Positions 9,381-18,528 of a stretch of DNA of 64,000 nucleotides are shown here, one piece after another. The number at the start of each line of letters is the position of its first letter. The first letter of the stretch is position 1. The notes beneath the pieces are model-generated. The model was not told where the DNA came from, did not search any database, and was given only the letters and a program-made list of their open reading frames with translations. The stretch covers positions 875 through 64,874 of the forward strand of contig JAGOUR010000001.1 of NCBI GenBank assembly GCA_018061145.1, read 5' to 3'. The position numbers and the translations under genes were made by a program. This DNA comes from Minisyncoccota bacterium (GTDB lineage: Bacteria > Patescibacteriota > Minisyncoccia > Phycocordibacterales > UBA9973).

Positions 9381-10364
9381 ATGTCTGATTTAAATATCAT
9401 ATTACCATCAAAAATGAATGTAGTTTCAGAAAGTGCAACAAAAGGCACTTATGAAATTGACGGACTTTACCCTGGGTACGGACATACCCTAGGTAATTCA
9501 CTACGTCGCATTATCCTATCGTCACTTCCTGGTGCTGCAATAACATCACTTCGAATTAACGGAGTGGATCATGAATTTTCAGTTCTAGATGGCGTAAAAG
9601 AAGACGTTATCACAATACTGCTACACCTAAAGCAGATTCGTTTTCGTTTACTAACAGACGAAGCTCAGACAGTAACTCTAACAGCTAAGGGTCCAAAGAT
9701 CGTGACAGCAGCAGATGTAAAATGCTCTGGTCAGATCGAAGTCCTAAACGGCGATCTATATATAGCAGAACTAACAGGAAAAGAAACTCTAACAATAGAG
9801 ATGACAGTAGAAAAAGGTCTTGGTTTTATCCCAAAGGATGTACACCAGAAGACAAAGATGGAAGTAGGAGCTATCGCTCTTGATGCAATCTTTACTCCAA
9901 TCCGCCGAGTTTCTTATGAAGTAGAAGACATGCGCGTAGGAGACAAGACAAACCACAACCGTCTACGTGTGACTATCGAGACAGACGGATCACTAACTCC
10001 AAGAGAATCTCTAGAGAAAGCGATCGTAATCATGGTAGAACAACTACAGTCAATCGTAGGATTCACAGTAGAAAAGAAGACACCAGCTATTGCGAGTGAA
10101 GTATCAGGAGATAAAGAAGAAGGTGAGACAACTGGCGGAGAAGGAACAGGTAGTGAATTCACAGACATCCTAAAGACAAGAATCGACACACTAGACCTAT
10201 CTACTCGTACTCTAAATGCTCTAACAGAAGCAAACATTAGAACAATCGGAGGAATCGCAAGAAAGAAAAAGGAGGATCTACTAGAGATCGAAGGTATCGG
10301 TGAGAAAGGTATCAACGAGATCAAGAAGGCACTGGCAAATTATAGTATTACACTAAAAGAATAA
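9381..10364 (+). CDS. rpoA: DNA-directed RNA polymerase subunit alpha
   Basis: NTD motif [22 protein letters not shown]; C-terminal domain after a flexible acidic linker. Confidence 0.9.
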   Translation: [327 protein letters not shown]

Positions 10365-10386
10365 TTAATAGCATTAGAATTTATTT

Positions 10387-10740
10387 ATGAGACACGGAAA
10401 TCACAATAGAAAATTTGGAAGAGTGAAGAGTCAACGATCAGCATTGTTGAAGGGTCTTGTGCTATCTTTGATAAAACACGGACGCATTGAGACTACAGAA
10501 GCAAAAGCAAAGGAACTTCGCCCATACATGGAAAAGCTAGTCACAAAGGCAAACGAACAGACTCTACACTCACACAGACAGATCGTGTCTCGTTTATATG
10601 GACGTACAGCAGAGGCAAAGACACTTATAGAAAAGATTGCTCCAAAGTACAAGGGTCGCACTGGAGGTTATACTCGTATTACAAAGCTTGGTGAGAGAGC
10701 AGGTGATGCAAGTAAAATGTCTGTTATTGAATTTGTATAA
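10387..10740 (+). CDS. rplQ: 50S ribosomal protein L17
   Basis: MRHGNHNRKFGRVKSQRSALLKGL N-terminus. Confidence 0.9.
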   Translation: MRHGNHNRKFGRVKSQRSALLKGLVLSLIKHGRIETTEAKAKELRPYMEKLVTKANEQTLHSHRQIVSRLYGRTAEAKTLIEKIAPKYKGRTGGYTRITKLGERAGDASKMSVIEFV

Positions 10741-10751
10741 TTTTTAAATAT

Positions 10752-11111
10752 ATGGCAACTATCACACACAAAATCGACGCAGAAGGCAAGACACTAGGAA
10801 GAGTGGCTTCTGTTGCTGCACACGCACTCCTAGGAAAGAACGAGAGTGATTTCACAAAGAACAATGTAGCAGATGTACTCGTATACATCACAAATGCGAG
10901 CAAGACAAAGATGTCAGAAAAGAGAATGCTTGAGACTCTACACGAGACTTATTCTGGTCGTCCAGGTGGATTGAAGTTCAAGACAAATGCTAAAATCATT
11001 TCTCAAAAAGGAAAAGGTTTTATCGAGCTTTACCGTCTTGCTGTTTACAATATGCTTCCAAACAACAAGCTTCGCCCTCGTATGATGAAGCGTTTAACAA
11101 TAACTGATTAA
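10752..11111 (+). CDS. rplM: 50S ribosomal protein L13 (short)
   Basis: IDAEGKTLGRVASVAAHALLGK and YSGRPGG motifs; the L13-S9 pair follows L17. Confidence 0.8.
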   Translation: MATITHKIDAEGKTLGRVASVAAHALLGKNESDFTKNNVADVLVYITNASKTKMSEKRMLETLHETYSGRPGGLKFKTNAKIISQKGKGFIELYRLAVYNMLPNNKLRPRMMKRLTITD

Positions 11112-11115
11112 TTAT

Positions 11116-11526
11116 ATGAGTGAAAAGAAATCTACAAAAGAATACATTCGCGCAATTGGTCGCCGCAAGACAGCTACAGCTGTAGTACGTCTATACAAGG
11201 CAGCAAAGACATCTTACTCTATCAATGGCAAGGAACTAGCAGTTTACTTTCCGACAGCAGAGCTAAAGAAGATCGTTACTGGTGCATTTGAGACTGCAGC
11301 GTCAACAGAAAAGTTTGAAATGGTTGCTACTACAAAGGGTGGTGGAAGTCATGCTCAAGCAGAAGCTGTACGCCATGGAATCTCTCGTGCTCTCGTAGAG
11401 ACAGACCCAGAACTACGCGTAGTTTTGAAGAAAGCAAAGATGTTGAAGCGTGATCCTCGTGTCGTTGAACGTAAAAAGTTCGGACTCAAGAAAGCAAGAA
11501 AGTCACCACAATGGTCAAAACGTTAG
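11116..11526 (+). CDS. rpsI: 30S ribosomal protein S9
   Basis: C-terminal RKSPQWSKR; GGGSHAQAEAVRHGISRAL. Confidence 0.9.
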   Translation: MSEKKSTKEYIRAIGRRKTATAVVRLYKAAKTSYSINGKELAVYFPTAELKKIVTGAFETAASTEKFEMVATTKGGGSHAQAEAVRHGISRALVETDPELRVVLKKAKMLKRDPRVVERKKFGLKKARKSPQWSKR

Positions 11527-11530
11527 TGTT

Positions 11531-11561
11531 AAAAAATACTTCCTTCGGGAAGTATTTTTTA
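11531..11561 (+). terminator. Rho-independent terminator after rpsI
   Basis: aaaaaatacttcc-ttcg-ggaagtatttttt: perfect 13-bp stem plus T-run. Confidence 0.85.
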
Positions 11562-11690
11562 TTCTCCTCTTGAGGAGTACCCGTAGGGGGAGGTGGACGT
11601 ATTTGAATTCCTCCACCCCGTCCTTTGATTACAAATTCCACCCCTCAAGAGGGGAATTCAGACTCCCAAATTTAAATTTTTATGATATAA
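11562..11690 (+). other. GC-rich structured spacer with two inverted CCTC-NN-GAGG palindromes upstream of grpE
   Basis: CTCCTCTTGAGGAG at 11564-11577 and CCCCTCAAGAGGGG at 11641-11654 are reverse complements of each other. An internal GGTGGA/TCCACC hairpin and two GAATTC palindromes lie between them. Extended -10 TGATATAAT at 11683-11691. Confidence 0.3.
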
Positions 11691-11700
11691 TCTACTCGCT

Positions 11701-12282
11701 ATGCAAGATGAAAATGAAATAAAACAAAATACAGAAGAGGAAATTGTAGATGATATCACTTTTGTAGAGAGTACAGAAGACGGCGACGAACTACCAACAA
11801 AAGATATTGTTAAAAAGCTTCGCGAAGAGATAAAAACTCTACGTAAAGAAAAAGAAGAATATCTTACCGGATGGCAAAGATCAAAAGCCGACTATGCAAA
11901 TGCCCAGAAGGACACAGATAACAAGCTTAAAGAACTCCGAGGTTTTATCACAGCAGGATTGATAGAGGACTTGCTACCAGCACTAGATGCATTTGATATG
12001 GCTATATCAAATAAAGAAGTCTGGGAAAAAGTCGATTCAAACTGGCGCAATGGTATGGAATACGTATACCAGCAATTCCACCGGACTATCGAATCATACG
12101 GACTATCCAAGATAGATGCAGTAAACGTACCATTTGATCACAATATCCATGAAGCCATGGAGAATGTAGATACAGAAGACACAGCAAAGGATCACACAGT
12201 GGCACAGGTAATCCAATCAGGATACAAGATGGGGGACAAGGTAGTCCGCCCAGCCCGAGTAAAAGTATACATCACTAAATAA
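11701..12282 (+). CDS. grpE: Nucleotide exchange factor GrpE
   Basis: Coiled-coil N-terminus, LLPALDAFDMAI motif, C-terminal beta domain; the ATG is 9 nt after TATAAT. Confidence 0.85.
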   Translation: MQDENEIKQNTEEEIVDDITFVESTEDGDELPTKDIVKKLREEIKTLRKEKEEYLTGWQRSKADYANAQKDTDNKLKELRGFITAGLIEDLLPALDAFDMAISNKEVWEKVDSNWRNGMEYVYQQFHRTIESYGLSKIDAVNVPFDHNIHEAMENVDTEDTAKDHTVAQVIQSGYKMGDKVVRPARVKVYITK

Positions 12283-12284
12283 TA

Positions 12285-12317
12285 AAAAAGACTAGATTTT
12301 TAATCTAGTCTTTTTTA
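12285..12317. terminator. Bidirectional terminator between grpE and the convergent regulator gene
   Basis: aagactagatt-ttta-atctagtctt hairpin flanked by an A-run and a T-run. Confidence 0.75.
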
Positions 12318-12863
12318 TATCAACTTTAGAAATTCTTTCTCTGTGTCTTCATCGATTCGGTCTGTGACTATGACCATCATTTCTGTAGTCAGGCTCAAAT
12401 CCTTTTTTATATTCGTAAATAGATTCTCAAATGGGAGCATAGATATCCATACTGAATTCTTCACACAGGTAAATCCTGCCTTTTTTAGTAGGTATCTTAG
12501 GGCTTCGCGTTCACTCTTGCGATCCTCGGGGATATCCAGGATGACCATCCTCCAATATCCATCCCAAGATGTATCTACTAGGGCCCCATCTCCATCGAGC
12601 TTTTGACTATGAGCCTTCTTCTTGCCTTCTTTTGTCAGACGAGCGAAAAAACCCTGACCTCCAGGCACCATCTCTACAAATCCAGCATCTTCCAGGCCTT
12701 TTATAGAGCGATTTATAGCATATTTGGATTGAGTTCCTCCTCCCATTTGCAAGGGGAGGACTGAGGAGAGGTGAATTAAATCCTTAATTTCTTCCACCGA
12801 AACAGCACTCTTTCCAGCCAGCATTTTGATGATTTTCTTTGAAAAATCAGTCTTCTTTAGCAT
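12315..12863 (-). CDS. PaaX-family transcriptional regulator (short)
   Basis: N-terminal winged helix (GLEDAGFVEMVPGGQGFFARLTKEG). C-terminal SWDGYWRMVILDIPE...GFTCVKNSVWISMLP matches the WDGKWLLLL...GFG...S...P signature of PaaX. Confidence 0.5.
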   Translation of the reverse strand: MLKKTDFSKKIIKMLAGKSAVSVEEIKDLIHLSSVLPLQMGGGTQSKYAINRSIKGLEDAGFVEMVPGGQGFFARLTKEGKKKAHSQKLDGDGALVDTSWDGYWRMVILDIPEDRKSEREALRYLLKKAGFTCVKNSVWISMLPFENLFTNIKKDLSLTTEMMVIVTDRIDEDTEKEFLKLI

Positions 12864-12922
12864 GTTGACATTCTATCATATCTAAATATAATATCAACAT
12901 AGTTTTAGTGGTCGCTAAATAC

Positions 12923-12951
12923 TTGTCAAAAATATTTAGTTCGTATATACT
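12923..12951 (+). promoter_or_regulatory. Sigma-70-like promoter of dnaK
   Basis: TTGTCA(12923-12928)-17 nt-TATACT(12946-12951), about 118 nt upstream of the dnaK ATG. Confidence 0.5.
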
Positions 12952-13069
12952 GGGTACACAATTCTTAATTTTGTAATTTTTAATTTTATAAATAAGGCTA
13001 AATGTCTTAATTTTAAAAATTAATAATTTTGAATTAAAAATTTTATTATAATTAACTATATATAACATT

Positions 13070-14959
13070 ATGTCAAAAATCATAGGTATAGACTTGGGTA
13101 CAACAAATAGTGCAGTGGCGATCATCGAAGGTGGTCAGCCAAAAATAATAGAAAACATAGAGGGTGCTCGTACGACTCCATCTATCGTAGCGGTCGCAAA
13201 GAATGGTGATCGTCTTGTCGGACTACTAGCAAAGCGTCAGGCTGTGACAAATCCATCAAATACAGTTTACGGAATCAAGCGCTTTATGGGTCACAATTTC
13301 GACGATCCAGAAATACAAAAGACAGTGAGAACTGCATCTTTCAAGACTACAAAAGGTAAGGATAATGGGGTAGAAGTGACTCTAGCAAATGAAGCAAAGC
13401 GCCCAGAAGAAATCTCAGCTATGATCCTTTCAAAGATCAAGGCAGATGTAGAGATGAAGCTAGGTGAGAAAATCACTCAGGCTATCATCACAGTACCTGC
13501 ATATTTCAATGATGCACAGAGAAAGGCGACAAAAGACGCAGGTGCAATCGCAGGACTAGAAGTAATGCGTATTATCAACGAGCCTACAGCTGCTGCTCTA
13601 GCATACGGATTCAACACAAAGAAAGATGAAAAGATCGTAGTTTACGACTTTGGAGGTGGTACATTCGATGTATCAGTACTCGAAGTATCAAATGATGTGA
13701 TCGAAGTGAAATCTACAGACGGAGACTCTCATATGGGAGGTCGTGATATCGATCAAAAGATAATCTCATGGCTAGCAGATGGATTCAAAGCAAAGACAGG
13801 TATCGATATATCAAAGGATCCTCTTGCTCTACAGCGTCTAGATGAAGCTGCAGAAAAGGCAAAGATAGAACTTTCTACAACATTTGAAACAGAGATAAAT
13901 ATCCCATTTATCACTTCTGGTGCATCGGGCCCAGAGCACCTTGTAGAAAAGATGACTCGTGCGACTCTAGAATCTCTAGCAGATGAATATGTAAAGCGCT
14001 CTATCGAGATCACAAAGCGCGCTATGGAAGCCTCACCATTCAACATGAATGAGATCAATGAGATAATCATGGTAGGAGGTCAGACAAGAATGCCAGCAAT
14101 AGTAGAAGCTGTAAAAGCCCTATTCGGAAAAGAACCAAATCGTAGTATCAACCCAGACGAAGTAGTAGCCCTAGGTGCTGCTGTGCAGGCTGGTGTACTA
14201 CAAGGAGATGTAAAAGATGTGCTCCTACTTGATGTTATCCCACTATCTCTCGGTATCGAGACACTAGGCGGAGTATCTACAAAACTAGTAGAGAGAAATA
14301 CTACAATCCCATCATCTAAATCACAGACATTTTCAACTGCCGCTGACAACCAGACTAGTGTGGAAATACACATCACTCAGGGTGAGCGCTCAATGGCAAG
14401 TGACAACAAATCTCTAGGACGATTCATCCTAGAAGGTATCCCACCAGCACCCCGAGGTATGCCTCAGGTAGAAGTGACATTTGATGTAGATGCGAACGGT
14501 ATTTTGAATGTAAAAGCTAAAGACAAGTCTTCAGGAAAAGAGCAATCAATCCGTATCGAAGCTTCTTCAGGCCTCACAAAGGAGGATATCACAAAGATGC
14601 AGGCAGAAGCCGAGACTCACGCAGAAGAAGACAAGAAGAAGAAGGAGGTTGTAGATATGAAAAATACAGCTGAGATGATGATCTTTACTGCAGAGAAATC
14701 TCTAAAAGATTATGGAGACAAAATATCAAGTGATCTAAAATCACGAGTAGAAGGTGTCATCGAAAATGTAAAGAGAGCAAAAGAGGGCACTGATATGGAA
14801 GCTATTAAAAATGCTACAGAGATGCTATCTGCAGAGATGTCAAAGATAGGTGAAGAGATGCAAAAAGCAGGAGCAGAGCCAGCACCAGCTAGTGCACCAG
14901 AAGCTCAGCCAGATGAGATCAAAGATGCAGAAGTAAAAGAAAATCCAGAACAGAAATAA
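13070..14959 (+). CDS. dnaK: Chaperone DnaK (Hsp70)
   Basis: [27 protein letters not shown] motifs; full-length 629 aa. Confidence 0.95.
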   Translation: MSKIIGIDLGTTNSAVAIIEGGQPKIIENIEGARTTPSIVAVAKNGDRLVGLLAKRQAVTNPSNTVYGIKRFMGHNFDDPEIQKTVRTASFKTTKGKDNGVEVTLANEAKRPEEISAMILSKIKADVEMKLGEKITQAIITVPAYFNDAQRKATKDAGAIAGLEVMRIINEPTAAALAYGFNTKKDEKIVVYDFGGGTFDVSVLEVSNDVIEVKSTDGDSHMGGRDIDQKIISWLADGFKAKTGIDISKDPLALQRLDEAAEKAKIELSTTFETEINIPFITSGASGPEHLVEKMTRATLESLADEYVKRSIEITKRAMEASPFNMNEINEIIMVGGQTRMPAIVEAVKALFGKEPNRSINPDEVVALGAAVQAGVLQGDVKDVLLLDVIPLSLGIETLGGVSTKLVERNTTIPSSKSQTFSTAADNQTSVEIHITQGERSMASDNKSLGRFILEGIPPAPRGMPQVEVTFDVDANGILNVKAKDKSSGKEQSIRIEASSGLTKEDITKMQAEAETHAEEDKKKKEVVDMKNTAEMMIFTAEKSLKDYGDKISSDLKSRVEGVIENVKRAKEGTDMEAIKNATEMLSAEMSKIGEEMQKAGAEPAPASAPEAQPDEIKDAEVKENPEQK

Positions 14960-14965
14960 TAACCT

Positions 14966-14998
14966 AAAATCTCCAAAAGTTAATTTTGGAGATTTTGG
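14966..14998 (+). terminator. Intercistronic hairpin (attenuator) between dnaK and dnaJ
   Basis: aaaatctccaaaa-gtta-attttggagatttt. Confidence 0.6.
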
Positions 14999-15024
14999 TG
15001 TCTATCTATATAATAGAAAAACAT

Positions 15025-16122
15025 ATGTCAAAAGATTACTACAATATACTAGGAATAGATAAGAGTGCATCAAAAGATGAGATCAAGAAGGCCTTTCATA
15101 AGATGGCGCATAAATACCACCCTGATAAAAACAAGGGTGATGATTCTAAATTCAAAGAGGTGAATGAAGCTTATCAGACTCTTTCTCATGATCAAAAGCG
15201 TGCTCAATACGACAGATTTGGATCCGAGGGTCCAGCTGGTTTTGGTGGAGGCCAAGGAGGAGGATTCGGAGGAGGTCAAGGTTTTGGAGGATTCGATTTC
15301 TCTGGATTTGCTCAGGGTCAGGGCGGTATGGAATTCGACATGGGTGATCTAGGCGAGATGTTTGGAGACATGTTCGGAGGTGGCCGTAGAGGGGCCCAGA
15401 ATCGCCGTGGACGTGATTTATCTACAGAAATAGATATGAGTTTCGAAGAGTCTATTTTTGGTGCTGACAAGGCTGTGAAGCTCTCAAAACAATCTTCTTG
15501 TGCTATCTGTAAAGGTACTGGTGCAAAGGTGGGGACAAAGATGGACGAGTGCAAAACTTGTAATGGTCAGGGGCAAATCAGAGAAATAAAAAGATCAATC
15601 CTCGGATCATTCCAAAGTGTAAAATCTTGTGATACTTGTACTGGTACAGGTAAGATTCCTCACGAGAAATGTAGTGAATGTAGTGGCAAGGGTGTCCTTC
15701 ATAAACAAGAGACTATCAATGTAGCCATCCCAGCCGGATTGCACAATGGCGAGACAATCAGGATGACCGGATATGGCGAGGCGATGAAGGGTGCACCATC
15801 TGGCGATCTATACATCAGACTAAATGTAAAACCACACAAGACATACAGGAGAGATGGGAACAATCTGATGACAGATATCCACATCAAGCTAACAGATGCG
15901 ATGCTCGGCACTGAGTACAAATTGGAGACATTGGATGGAAACTTAGACATCAAAATTCCAGCAGGAGTAAATCACGGTGAACTACTACGGGTAAAAGGCA
16001 AAGGTGTGCCAAACGGCTCACACAGAGGGGATATAATAATCCGCATTCAAGTAAAGATGCCTAGCAAGCTATCCAAAAAAGCTCACGAAGCAGTAGAGAA
16101 ATTAAAAGAAGAGGGTATATAA
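15025..16122 (+). CDS. dnaJ: Chaperone DnaJ
   Basis: J-domain HPD (YHPDKN), G/F-rich linker, four CxxCxGxG zinc-finger repeats. The preferred start MSKDYY is 10 nt after a TATAAT, in frame inside the longer ORF. Confidence 0.9.
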   Translation: MSKDYYNILGIDKSASKDEIKKAFHKMAHKYHPDKNKGDDSKFKEVNEAYQTLSHDQKRAQYDRFGSEGPAGFGGGQGGGFGGGQGFGGFDFSGFAQGQGGMEFDMGDLGEMFGDMFGGGRRGAQNRRGRDLSTEIDMSFEESIFGADKAVKLSKQSSCAICKGTGAKVGTKMDECKTCNGQGQIREIKRSILGSFQSVKSCDTCTGTGKIPHEKCSECSGKGVLHKQETINVAIPAGLHNGETIRMTGYGEAMKGAPSGDLYIRLNVKPHKTYRRDGNNLMTDIHIKLTDAMLGTEYKLETLDGNLDIKIPAGVNHGELLRVKGKGVPNGSHRGDIIIRIQVKMPSKLSKKAHEAVEKLKEEGI

Positions 16123-16135
16123 GAATATTTTTATA

Positions 16136-16171
16136 TAAAAAAACAGCTCATATCAATGAGCTGTTTTTTGA
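16136..16171 (+). terminator. Rho-independent terminator after dnaJ
   Basis: aacagctcat-atca-atgagctgtt plus T-run. Confidence 0.8.
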
Positions 16172-16215
16172 CTTAATCTATTATATATGTTAAAAATTAA
16201 GAAAATCCAATACAT

Positions 16216-16899
16216 ATGAAAAAAGATATTAAAATCGCGAATTATTCAGATCTAAAACCTATTAAGGTTATAGAGTCTGCCGAGAAAATGGTAAACATCT
16301 CACAGTTACTAAAGGATTGTATTTGTGTGTACTTACCACAGTCAAACGACATGATTAATTATGTCGGGGGTGATTTGTGGCTGAGAGAGAGTGTGGCTTT
16401 AAAAATTGAAAGAATTTCTATTCAATTAAGATTAAAATATCCAACGTACAGACTAAAGATTGTATACGGATATCGTCATCTAGAAATTCAAACAAAACGT
16501 TTTTATTTAAGGAGAGACAAATTAAAAGAATCAAATCCTGAAATGAACGAAGAAGATTTACTAGAGCTCGCAAATACAATGGTAGCAAATCCGGAAACAG
16601 CAGGCCATCCTACGGGTGGAGCTGTAGACTTAACTATCACTACGCCAAATGGAGACTTAGATATGGGTACAGAGTATGCTGATTTTTCAATGCCAGAAGA
16701 AATAAAAATGTATTGCCCTCATTTAACTGAAACACAAAAAAGCAACAGGAAATTACTTTGCGATCTTATGATCACAGAAGAATTTGCACCTTTTTATGGT
16801 GAGTGGTGGCATTATTCTTATGGTGACAGAGAATGGGCCTGGTTTTACAACAAACCAAATGCCATTTACAGTCAAATCGAATTTAGAAATATTTTCTAA
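16216..16899 (+). CDS. D-Ala-D-Ala dipeptidase (VanX/DdpX, peptidase M15D)
   Basis: HPTGGAVDLT zinc-binding motif and EWWHYSYGD C-terminal motif. Confidence 0.65.
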   Translation: MKKDIKIANYSDLKPIKVIESAEKMVNISQLLKDCICVYLPQSNDMINYVGGDLWLRESVALKIERISIQLRLKYPTYRLKIVYGYRHLEIQTKRFYLRRDKLKESNPEMNEEDLLELANTMVANPETAGHPTGGAVDLTITTPNGDLDMGTEYADFSMPEEIKMYCPHLTETQKSNRKLLCDLMITEEFAPFYGEWWHYSYGDREWAWFYNKPNAIYSQIEFRNIF

Positions 16900-16936
16900 A
16901 AAAAGCCCCAATCATAAAGATTGGGGCTTTTTTAAT
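16900..16936 (+). terminator. Rho-independent terminator
   Basis: agccccaatc-ataaag-attggggct plus T-run. Confidence 0.8.
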
Positions 16937-17004
16937 AATATCCAACTATTTACATTTGTAAATATTTTGATACTATTCTAAAATAGATTGCACACATTAA
17001 ATAT

Positions 17005-17712
17005 ATGATAAAAAAACCAACAAAAAAAATAGGAATACTAGGAGGCGCAGGACCAGCGGCAACTGCAAACTTTTTCAATGATATAGTCACAATTTCTCAG
17101 ACTAAATACGGAGCAGAGCAAGATACCGAATTCCCTGAAGTTATTCTGTACAACATGCCGATGGAAGGGTTCAATGAGACTGGTTTTGCTGATCCTGAAT
17201 CAGTAAAAGGTCAACTAATATCAGGTGTTCAGAAGCTTGAGTCTTGGGGTGCTGATTTTATAGCACTACCTTGCAATACTATCCACCACTTCACAAAAGA
17301 AATGCGTGATTCTATAAAAATTCCGATAATAAGCATTATTGAATCCACTGTAGATAGTGTAAAGAAAAATGAGATAAAGAGTGTAGGAATATTATCATCT
17401 AGAAGTACTCGAGAATTATCACTATATAAAAATGCACTTGAAAATGAGGGAATTAACGTATTCGAAGCTGACGAAAATGAGCAACAACACCTCGACAACA
17501 TAGTACTAAAGGTTATGTCTGGAACTCAAGGAGAAAAAGAAATGAAAGAAATGAATGCTATGGTAGACAGGATGAGTGAACTAGGAGTCCAGGGTGTTAT
17601 TTTAGGCTGCACAGAGCTACCACTAGCAATAAATCAATCTGATTCCAGTACAAAGCTTTTTAATACGATCAAGATCCTGGCTGAATATTCTGTAGACGAA
17701 GCATACAAATAG
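17005..17712 (+). CDS. Aspartate racemase (Asp/Glu/hydantoin racemase family)
   Basis: IGILGGAGPAATANFF N-terminal motif and a second half with GVILGCTELP. Confidence 0.65.
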   Translation: MIKKPTKKIGILGGAGPAATANFFNDIVTISQTKYGAEQDTEFPEVILYNMPMEGFNETGFADPESVKGQLISGVQKLESWGADFIALPCNTIHHFTKEMRDSIKIPIISIIESTVDSVKKNEIKSVGILSSRSTRELSLYKNALENEGINVFEADENEQQHLDNIVLKVMSGTQGEKEMKEMNAMVDRMSELGVQGVILGCTELPLAINQSDSSTKLFNTIKILAEYSVDEAYK

Positions 17713-17718
17713 AAACAA

Positions 17719-17757
17719 AAAATCCCTGTACTAGAATAGTACAAGGATTTTTATTTT
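17719..17757. terminator. Bidirectional terminator
   Basis: aatccctgtact-agaat-agtacaaggatt plus T-run. Confidence 0.65.
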
Positions 17758-18377
17758 TAAGCCGATTGATGTATCGGAATGGATTCATGGTGAACATGAC
17801 TCTGTGGCGGATAATGATCAACCTGATGAAAGCTACCATCTCTTTCAAATAGAATAATTGAAAAATTTAAATCTTTTAGATTTAGCTTACCTAAAATCTT
17901 AATGAGATGCTCTTGTTCTGTCCCGTAATACGAAGGTAGTATATTTATAATATTTTTATACCCTAATTCATATTTATAGACAGTTAAAGCTGCATCAAGG
18001 AGTACACATAGAGGAATTCCGCTACTATTAGTAATAGGAAAACCTGAAATATAATACTTTCCATCTTTTTGGTTTAGGTGAGCTCTTTTCTTTTTTTGTT
18101 CTAAATTCAACAATTTTTCCAAGATCTCCTTTGCTTTGTCTACCATCTTTGATTCAAAAACCAAAATATCAGGATCAAATAATAGTTCGACAACATCCTC
18201 ACTTTTTTCAAAATGAGAAACATTGGCCAGAGGGTGGAAATCATCAACAAAGAGCATTGTTTTGTCGGAGGGCTGTCTTACTTTATTTAGTATTTCAACA
18301 CCAGTAGTAGACCAGATCGTTGGTCCATAAGCTGAATAATAATGTCCAGCTTCGATAATGCGTATTACTTTATCCAT
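17757..18377 (-). CDS. Hypothetical protein with a His-rich C-terminus
   Basis: Intact 206-aa ORF; no recognisable motif. Confidence 0.3.
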   Translation of the reverse strand: MDKVIRIIEAGHYYSAYGPTIWSTTGVEILNKVRQPSDKTMLFVDDFHPLANVSHFEKSEDVVELLFDPDILVFESKMVDKAKEILEKLLNLEQKKKRAHLNQKDGKYYISGFPITNSSGIPLCVLLDAALTVYKYELGYKNIINILPSYYGTEQEHLIKILGKLNLKDLNFSIILFERDGSFHQVDHYPPQSHVHHESIPIHQSA

Positions 18378-18446
18378 AGTTCAAATTGTTTGTTTTTTAG
18401 AATTAAACCATATTTCAAATAAAAAGGAAATACCAATAGGTATATA

Positions 18447-18474
18447 TTTACATTTTGTCAAATTCGTGTATAAT
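18447..18474 (+). promoter_or_regulatory. Sigma-70-like promoter of the arginine decarboxylase gene
   Basis: TTTACA-16 nt-TATAAT, with a TG just upstream of the -10 box. Confidence 0.45.
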
Positions 18475-18528
18475 TATCAGTATTATTATTTATCTCAGGT
18501 TGGTTAAGAGCCCGCTTGTCATAAAGAG

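Noticed and set aside
11450-11722. A 90-aa ORF spanning the rpsI 3' end, its terminator and the structured spacer.
   Set aside because: It reads through a strong terminator hairpin and the palindromic repeats in a different frame from rpsI. It has no start context and is spurious.
12864-13069. Search for a CIRCE heat-shock operator (TTAGCACTC-N9-GAGTGCTAA) upstream of dnaK and grpE.
   Set aside because: No match was found on either strand. The region is AT-rich with only a sigma-70-like promoter.
12847-13125. A 92-aa minus-strand ORF across the dnaK promoter region.
   Set aside because: It is an AT-rich, low-complexity translation that overlaps the dnaK start and promoter and is not credible as a gene.
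13291-14376. Antisense ORFs inside dnaK (13291-13476, 13753-14070, 14080-14376, minus strand). Similar shadow ORFs lie inside alaS, rpoA, dnaB, cysS, the histidine kinase gene and others.
   Set aside because: They are fully embedded opposite well-supported conserved genes and have low-complexity, Ser/Arg-rich translations, which are typical frame-shadow artefacts.
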